Shown here one piece after another: positions 56,483-64,000 of a stretch of DNA of 64,000 bases. The DNA comes from a bacterium. Lineage in GTDB: Bacteria > UBA8248. The translations under genes and the position numbers were made by a program. The number at the start of each line of letters is the position of its first letter. The stretch's first letter is position 1. The stretch covers positions 448,001 through 512,000 of the forward strand of contig CBDBZY010000041.1 in NCBI GenBank assembly GCA_965213685.1, given 5' to 3'. The notes beneath the pieces were generated by a model, which saw only the letters and a list, made by a program, of their open reading frames with translations, ran no database searches and was not told where the DNA came from.

Positions 56483-59400
56483 AAAATAATTATGAAGAAT
56501 TACAATATTGCATTTTTGCTAATATCTCATACCATATACAACATATTTTCACCAATTTCTGATTTGAGTTCCCTTTTCATCTACTCTTAACACTACTTTC
56601 TTCAAATGTGAAATGAAGTGCATAGTGAAAGTGAAAACTTAAATTTTCAAATGTACAGGGTTGATGCCGAGTGACCTGGGCAATCCCTATCAGAGAGTCG
56701 GTAGACTCTCTATGTAGGGATGGCGCCGACACGCCTATAGTGCGTGTACATAGGAAAGCCTTCTTAACTCGCGAACGCTCGCGTTCTAAGCCTTTCTGGG
56801 CCCCTAGCTATTCTATTCCAGTGGTTCTCTACCCAACAATACCCCCCAAGTAGCTAAAATGCATCCCTTGACTTACTACCAGAAAACGCTCCAAAGGTCG
56901 TTTTGTCTTTCTTCCTATTCTTCTTTTTCTTCTTCTTCTTCTTCTTAAGAGATTTCTTTGGACTAACGTATCTCAAAACTGGCTGAAGTAATCACGTAGT
57001 TCTTTCACGGATCCACTGTAATCACTACCAAGTACGATCTGTGCTAATAATGTTGTTGTCGAGTGACCTGGGCAATCCCTATATACACAGTGCTACCGCA
57101 CTGTGTGATATCGATGCCCCCACACATATAATGGTGTCTGTGCTATGCTGACCCTGGGCTATCACCTCTATACATGCAGTATGCTCATTGACCACAGAAC
57201 TTCCCTTGCTCACACCAATACTGTAATCAAAAGGAATGCAGGGAACCAGACAAGACTTCTGCACCATGATGCAATGTTCACTTCTCCCCCAAGAGACTCA
57301 CTCCTAGCACTATATTCTCCATGCTATGCACATGACTCTAATACAATGTCATTAACGCGGAAGTGTTAAGCATGTTCCCATACCATAGATATGTTCCGTG
57401 AGGTTAAATATCTATGATGATACGCACTTGAACTGAACATCTGCTCACACCTGCGATTGTTCGTGAGCTTATAGGGGGACGCTGCACGTGGAGAAAGAAC
57501 ACACACTGCAGCCGCTACTCTTTCCACACCTGAGCTGTATGGTACAGCTCACATAATTATGTGATAGCAAAATGATTATATATGTCTATAGCTACTTCAT
57601 TCTCTCACTAGACCAGACTGAAACAACTCTTAGACACGTGCAGATGTCGATAGGGGTTGAATGCTGTCACGCTGTCAACTACCTCCTTGAGTACTAGTAA
57701 TATTATGTTATACTGTATCAATGCTTACTAAGATAGTAAGAATGCGGGAGTTGTATCCCTTCCCCTTCCCCCGTATTCCTCCGCGCACGGGAAAAGTACG
57801 GCTGGCATGCGCGGCTACTCCGACCTGCATGTGGCATAACGTCACTCAGAGCACGGTGAGCAATTTGATTCTCTACCATATCTGCTAGCAATAATTGTGT
57901 AACTTCCACGATCAAGATAGCTGATGTACATGTACAGTATGTGTAAATACTAATAGTTACATGTACATGCACAGTCATACAAATTGTTCTCCAGTCCAGT
58001 GGCTACACACAGGGCAGAGGGTGAGTACAGAGAGCACCAACTAACAATGCCACACACTTTGAATGAATAACATTGTAATGATTAGCAACAGCACACATGT
58101 CAGTCCATCTCACAAAACAATTATTATGCAGTACATTTTGATAACAATCATTTTGACTCCTTATACACACTCCTCCTGTACTGTCCTCTGTCTGGTACTA
58201 TGTACAGGGCAAGACTGTCAATGACTGTGGCAGTGACAGTGAGGAGACCCATCCCAGACACCAGGTGGAGGAGGAGGGTGGGCAGGGAGAACAGGCCTGA
58301 GGGAGGGAGGGAGGGAGGGAGGGAGGGAGGGAGGGAGGGAGAGAGAGAATGGGGAGAGAGGGGAGTGGTAGGTAATACATGTAAGGACAAGGACTGCAAG
58401 TGTGGCCATAACAACCTGATGGCACCAGAACAACAACACATCCAATATACATGAACATGTACATGCATATACATGCACATATTGTATGTGTACATGTACA
58501 TTGGAGTCATGTGCAAATGTCCTACATACTGTACATGCACATGTACAAAAGGGGTTACTGGGGGACATGGTGCTGAGCCTAAAGGAGGGAGGTAGGGAGG
58601 GAGGGAGGGAGGGAGGGAGGGAGGGAGGGAGGGAGGGAGGTAGAGAGGAGGATGGAGGGAGGGGAGGAGAAGGAAGGGGTGAAACAGTGGTACTAATTGA
58701 CAAGGCACAAGGCAGGAGGAGCACAAGGCAAGAAGAAATAAGGGCAGAATGGAGGGTGAGGAATAGGCATAATTTTGAGAATAATAGGTAGTCAAAAGAA
58801 TAGGGAAATAATTGATATGAATAATCGAAGGTTGTGTGAAAGTATAAAGTAATAAAAACACTTTGGCACCACGTTTTATTGCCCCACCCACTGCATGCCA
58901 CGCACGCATAATGAGACTCACAGACTACCCAGTATTGTGGGTAGATCAATTAATTAGTGTGCATTATTAAGAGTGTGCAGTAATGGCGGACGGAGACTGG
59001 AACCAGCCAGGTTGCAGTCTAGTGGAGGCAATGGGAAGCGTGGTGACTAGAAGCTGAAAATCAGAACTGATTTGGAGCTAGAGAGTAATTATTTTCACAG
59101 AATAATCTTTTGAAACAAAGCATAATTACAGTTTTAAGGAGAATAATAGACTAAGAATAGGGGAATAGAATAATAGGTATCAAGGCCTAATAAGGTCAGT
59201 GAAAGAGTCAACGCAAGCTCTGACTGAAGCAGGGAAAATGATTGATAGAGAAAGGAGGAAGGAATGGGAGAAGGGAGTGAGGGAGGGAGGGAGTGAGGGA
59301 GGGAGGGAGGGAGCGAGGGAGGAGGGAGGGAGCGAGGGAGGAGGGAGGGAGGAGGGAGGGAGGGAGGGAGTACATGTACAAGGTTGGGCATGTGGACCAT

Positions 59401-59484
59401 CTGTTAAGCTAATTTGTTGTAGTTAGTGTGTGTGTATCTTTCTAAGTTGTATGAACAAATTTTCTAAGCTACGATGTTGAAAAG

Positions 59485-59710
59485 ATTATATTTTTCTAAG
59501 CCATAGAGGCTGTACAGATTCTATTTTTCTACGCCATAAATGATGTACAGATTCTATTTTCCTAAGCCGTGGAGGCTGTACAGATTCTATTTTTCTAAGC
59601 CGTGGAGGCTGTACAGATTCTATTTTCCTAAACCATAAATGCTGTGTACATTCTATTTTCCTAAGCCGTAGAGGCTGTACAGACTATATTTTTCTAAGCC
59701 GTTGAGGTTG
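59485..59710. repeat. ~33-bp minisatellite (ttttctaagccgtggaggctgtacagattcta)
   Basis: About 7 diverged tandem copies. Related units at 25830-25970 and 60890-60985. Confidence 0.85.
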
Positions 59711-60379
59711 TTGTAATTTTCTTTCTTTCTCTTTCTTTCCCTTCTCATTCTTTCTAAGTAGTGCTCTATATACTTGATTGTTCATGTACACTACATGAGT
59801 ACATGTGCATGATGTATGGGTACGCGTACGTACATGTACACATGTGCACTGCACAGTAGCTTGACCATGATGTGGCTGCCCTGCAGGAGTCTGCCAGCCT
59901 TCAGAGAGTGGTGCTGTCTACCTCACACTGTGCTCCGTGCATGAGGTGAGCCTTCTGCATTGGGGGAAGGAGGGAGGGAGGGAGGGAGGGAGGGAAGGAG
60001 GGAGGGGGAAGGAGGGAGGAGGAAGGAAGGGAGAGACAAAGGGAAGTGGGGTAGGAGGGATTGCATGTACACATGTACATGTGTTCAGGTAAACAAATGT
60101 ACACTGTTACCTCTATGTGTGGCAGTGCACTGTACCTGTACGTGGAAGGCCCTGATCAGTTGGTAGCAGCTTTCTGCCTGCATGGTCTCCACGTCAGTGC
60201 CATGGAATGAGTGGAGAGCTAAGTGCTGCACCTTACCATAGTCCTGGGAGGGAGGGAGGGAGGAAGGGAGGGAGGGAGGAAGGGAGGCAGGGAGGGAGGG
60301 AAGCAATATACAGTGCACATACTGTGATACATGTACATGTCCATGTACATGTGTCTTTCATTCTGAGTTCATTCTTATA

Positions 60380-60853
60380 CAGTAGGCATCATAAAAAAGT
60401 TTCTGTACCGTTTGCGTTCCGTTTTGCGTTGGGCAACCGTGCGGTTTGCGTAGGGTTTGCGTGGTGCTTCCGTTCCATGTACTGCCCGTTTACCGTTTGA
60501 CGACCGTTTGTCTAATTATACGTTATCGTAATTCCGGTACCCTACGAGTGCGAGTGCAAGGTACGTACTCTGTCAGGTGCTGTCAACGGTTTTCGACTAT
60601 TACACTAACGAGCGATGCTCTTCTGTCACTCCGACTGTCGGCAGTCCTTCGTGGTTCAGTGATTTCACGCGCGCGCACGCGTTGCTCTTCCGTGTTCAAA
60701 ATTTCATGAACCGTTTAGTTACCGTTTATTAGTTTGCGTTTTCCGTCCGTTCACCGTCCGTTCTCCGTCCATTTAGCGTTTGTTCTCCGTCCGTTTACCG
60801 TTCACCGAAAACAAAACGCAAACGGTACGGAAACTTTTTAATGACGCCTACTG
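60380..60853. mobile_element. TA-flanked MITE (Tc1/mariner-like)
   Basis: TA|CAGTAGGCATCATAAAAAAGTTTC ... GAAACTTTTTAATGACGCCTACTG|TA. Absent from the paralogous block near 25790. Confidence 0.8.
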
Positions 60854-61120
60854 TATGTGTAGGCTTGTTGCTTTGTTTTTTTAAAAATATAGATTTTTCT
60901 AAGCCATTGAGGTTGTTGCAGATGTATATTTTTCTAAGCTGATGAGGTTGTTACATATATTTATTTTTCTAAGCCGTTGAGGTTGCTGTCTATTTTATAG
61001 TGTGTGATTCTTCTTTCTTTCTTCTCTGTTCTTTTCTTTCTTTCTTTCAAGTTGTGGTGCACTATGCACATGATTGTTCATGTATCTACATTGTAGCTTA
61101 TCCTTGTGTTGTGAAGCATA

Positions 61121-61765
61121 CAGTACACGTCAAAAAAAACTTCCCATAAACGGCCCGCTCCCGTTCCGTTCCCGTTCAATGTCCGTTCGACATCCGTTCA
61201 GTGTCCGTTCGTCGTCCGTTTGATTCCCGTTCATTTTTAATTACCGTTTAGCGCCCGTTCAAACGGGTGCTCCACGTGTTGGTGTTGGCGTACTGCCGAG
61301 GCAAGCGTGCGTTTGTAATGCCACTAGAGTACATTGGGAGCATCTCCTGGTTACCTACGAGCGGAAAACTATCCAAAAAAGCTTTGGATGCCGTCTAGCA
61401 GTGCACGGACACTCCCCTTTTAACACGCGTAGCGGTACCGTGCGTGTATTCTTGAGTGTGTGGCGGTCAAACAGGTAAGCGAGCAGCTAAGAGCGGCTCA
61501 CGTTAGTCCTCACGTCTTCAGTCTTCACCCCTGTACTGTTTCCTTCTGCTTCTTGCATTCCCCAGAGTGAAAAATAACCCGCTTACGCGTACGGACATTG
61601 GACGGTTCGAAATAAACGGAACGGGCACGGAGCGGGCAATCCCCGTTCAGAGGCCGTTTGACATCCGTTCAACATCCGTTCAGTGTCTGTTCGTTCCCCG
61701 TTTTTTTCTAAACGGGCGCCCGTTGAACGGGCCGTTTATGGGAAGTTTTTTTTTGACGCATACTG
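61121..61765. mobile_element. TA-flanked MITE, related family
   Basis: TA|CAGTACACGTCAAAAAAAACTTCCCATAAACGGCCC ... GGGCCGTTTATGGGAAGTTTTTTTTTGACGCATACTG|TA, with many internal CCGTT motifs. Confidence 0.85.
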
Positions 61766-63504
61766 TACATGTAGTTGGGATGGGTGGGTGGATAGGTGTA
61801 CCATGAACACACTGTATATTATTGTAAACAATACAAAATGCTACAGGAGGGAGGGGAGGAGGTGGGGGACCTTCTTGAAGAAGAAGTGGTTGGCCAGGTG
61901 ATTGAGGACCATGGGATTGGAGGAATCGATTGTGTAGGCCTTTGAGAGAAGCTCCACACCTTTCTTGATGGAGTCATGCTGGGAGGGAGGGAGGGAGGGG
62001 TGAAATGGAGTGAGAGAGGGGGGGGGGAAGGGAAGGGAGGGAGGTGTCCACAGAGTTCCACTCACCTGTTTGCTATTCAGCTCCAGAATAGCCATGCCCA
62101 CCAGAGCACCCACACAGTGATAGTCCAGCTCCAGACACCGGTGGAACGCCATCCTGTGGGAGAGGTACAGTACATGTACACATGTACAGTACAACTCATG
62201 TGTCCCCATAAAGATTTAGATTCAGATGGGAATATTTTTAGAGAACTACATGTATGAAAAACCGGCAGCCACCCGGGATTGAACAGACAGTGGTCATGGG
62301 ACAGTTGTGATTGCATAATACTGTTCACCTCGCTTTCTCCAGATTTCCGAGCTTCACAAAACACAGTCCCATTCCCAATCTGACAGCACCTGGAATGGAA
62401 TGACAACACATTCTTATAAATACATGTACATGTACATGCACACGTGCAGTATATCCCACATCTACTGTACATGTACAGGTACAGGTACATGAACAATCAA
62501 GCACATAGAGCACTATTTATAAAGAAGGGAAAGAAAGAGAAAGAAAGAAAATCACAACATGTACATTGTACATGCAATGTATGATTACCTGGGCAGTTAG
62601 GGTTTGTACATGTATGTACAGTGTACATATACATACAATGTAGTACATGTACATGTACCTGGGCAGTTTGGGTCTGTCCTGAGAGCCTTCTTGTAGAAGA
62701 CCAGAGCTCCCTTGTAGTCCTTCTTGTTGTAAGCAATGCACGCCTTACCCAGCAGAGCTGGGATGTTCTCTGGAGACTGAGGGAGGGAGGGAGGGAGGAA
62801 GGGAGGAAGGGAGGGAGGGAGGTACGGAGGTACGGAGGTATGGAGGGAGGGAGAGAGGGAAGTGTGCAGTCCTTGTACAGTACACGTACATGTACATGTA
62901 CATGTATATGCACAGTATGGAGGTGGGTGCCTCTGGTGGTTTAATTCCCCCGGCCCACTCCTTACTACTGAGCTATGAGTTACCCCACTTATCAGGGGAG
63001 AGATACATGAACAATCACATGCATAGTGCACCACAAACAAAGAAAGCAAGCAGAGAAGAAAGAAAGAGGAACCACACACTATGAAACAAACTAAAATGCA
63101 CTGAAATGAGGGAGTGGCGAATGGAGAGAGAGGGGAGGAAGGGAGGTGAGGAGGGAGGAAGGGAGGTGAGGAGGGGGGAAGTGCAGGAGGAGAGAGAGAG
63201 AAGGTAAAGGAGAGAGAGTGGGGAGGGAGAAGCCAGGCACAAAACGTGAGTAAAATCAATTTAAGAGAGCTGTTCCCAGCACATGTGACCTCTGACCTGT
63301 GCAAAGAGCTCCTTCTTCTTCTCCCTGCTCTTCTCCCTCCTGGCCTGCTGGATGTGGTAGGCTGCCAGAGTGTCCAGGACAGTCATCTGGTCCTTCTCAC
63401 TGTCTGCATAGCTCATGTCTGCATCTGAAACAGAGATGAGGGAGGGAGGGAGGGAGGGAAGGAGGGAAGGAGGGAGGGAAGAAGGAAGGGAAGGAGGGAG
63501 AAAG

Positions 63505-63662
<158 letters not shown>

Positions 63663-64000
63663 GACATGAAAATGTACAGGTAGAGCACTGACAGCTAAAG
63701 TCAGAGGCCCCCGGTTCAATCCTGGGTGGCTGCCAGTTTTTCACGGTTCTCTAAAATAATCCTGAGCCTTTTCATCATGCACATGTACACGAGTGTGCAT
63801 GTGCCACAGCATTTGAAATAACATTTTCTTACCACTTCAAGACGCCTCCAACAGTCTGACAAATTCTTCATGTTTATTCTGCTTGTAGTAGTGGAGCTGA
63901 TGGCAGAAGGGGAGGAGGAAGAGGAGGAGGAGGAGGAGGAGGAGGAAAAGGAGGAGGAGGAGGAGGAAGAGGAGGAGGAGGAGGAGGAAAAGGATTTCCC

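Overview
Animal genomic DNA with many introns and repeats. The abundant TACATGTA motifs and (GGAG)n intron tracts suggest a demosponge, but that is inference. The left end holds one apparently intact minus-strand gene (366-8893: N-terminal alpha/beta domain, Death domain, coiled coil, Kelch propeller). Most of the rest is decayed TEs (a Naiad-type Penelope-like RT, CRE-type and other RLE LINE fragments, AcademH/hAT/piggyBac/Harbinger/Tc1-type MITEs, tRNA-core SINEs) plus repeatedly duplicated, scrambled exons of CTR9 and a P2X-like receptor. The most notable feature is a 13.75-kb, apparently intact DNA transposon at 41537-55286 (TIR AACACAGTGGAAA, 4-bp TSD CTAA). It is nested in a pogo/Tigger relic (39990-55561, TA TSD) whose empty-site paralog lies at 58446. 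It carries two divergent spliced genes: an ~847-aa Sola-like transposase and an ~748-aa protein with a ParB/Srx-like domain and a degenerate N6/N4 DNA-methyltransferase-like C-terminus. Both arms carry arrays of a shared 16-bp quasi-palindrome (GACYCAA-NN-YTGAGTY) at 42-43 bp spacing, reminiscent of parS arrays. All family assignments come from motif recognition by eye; no searches were run.
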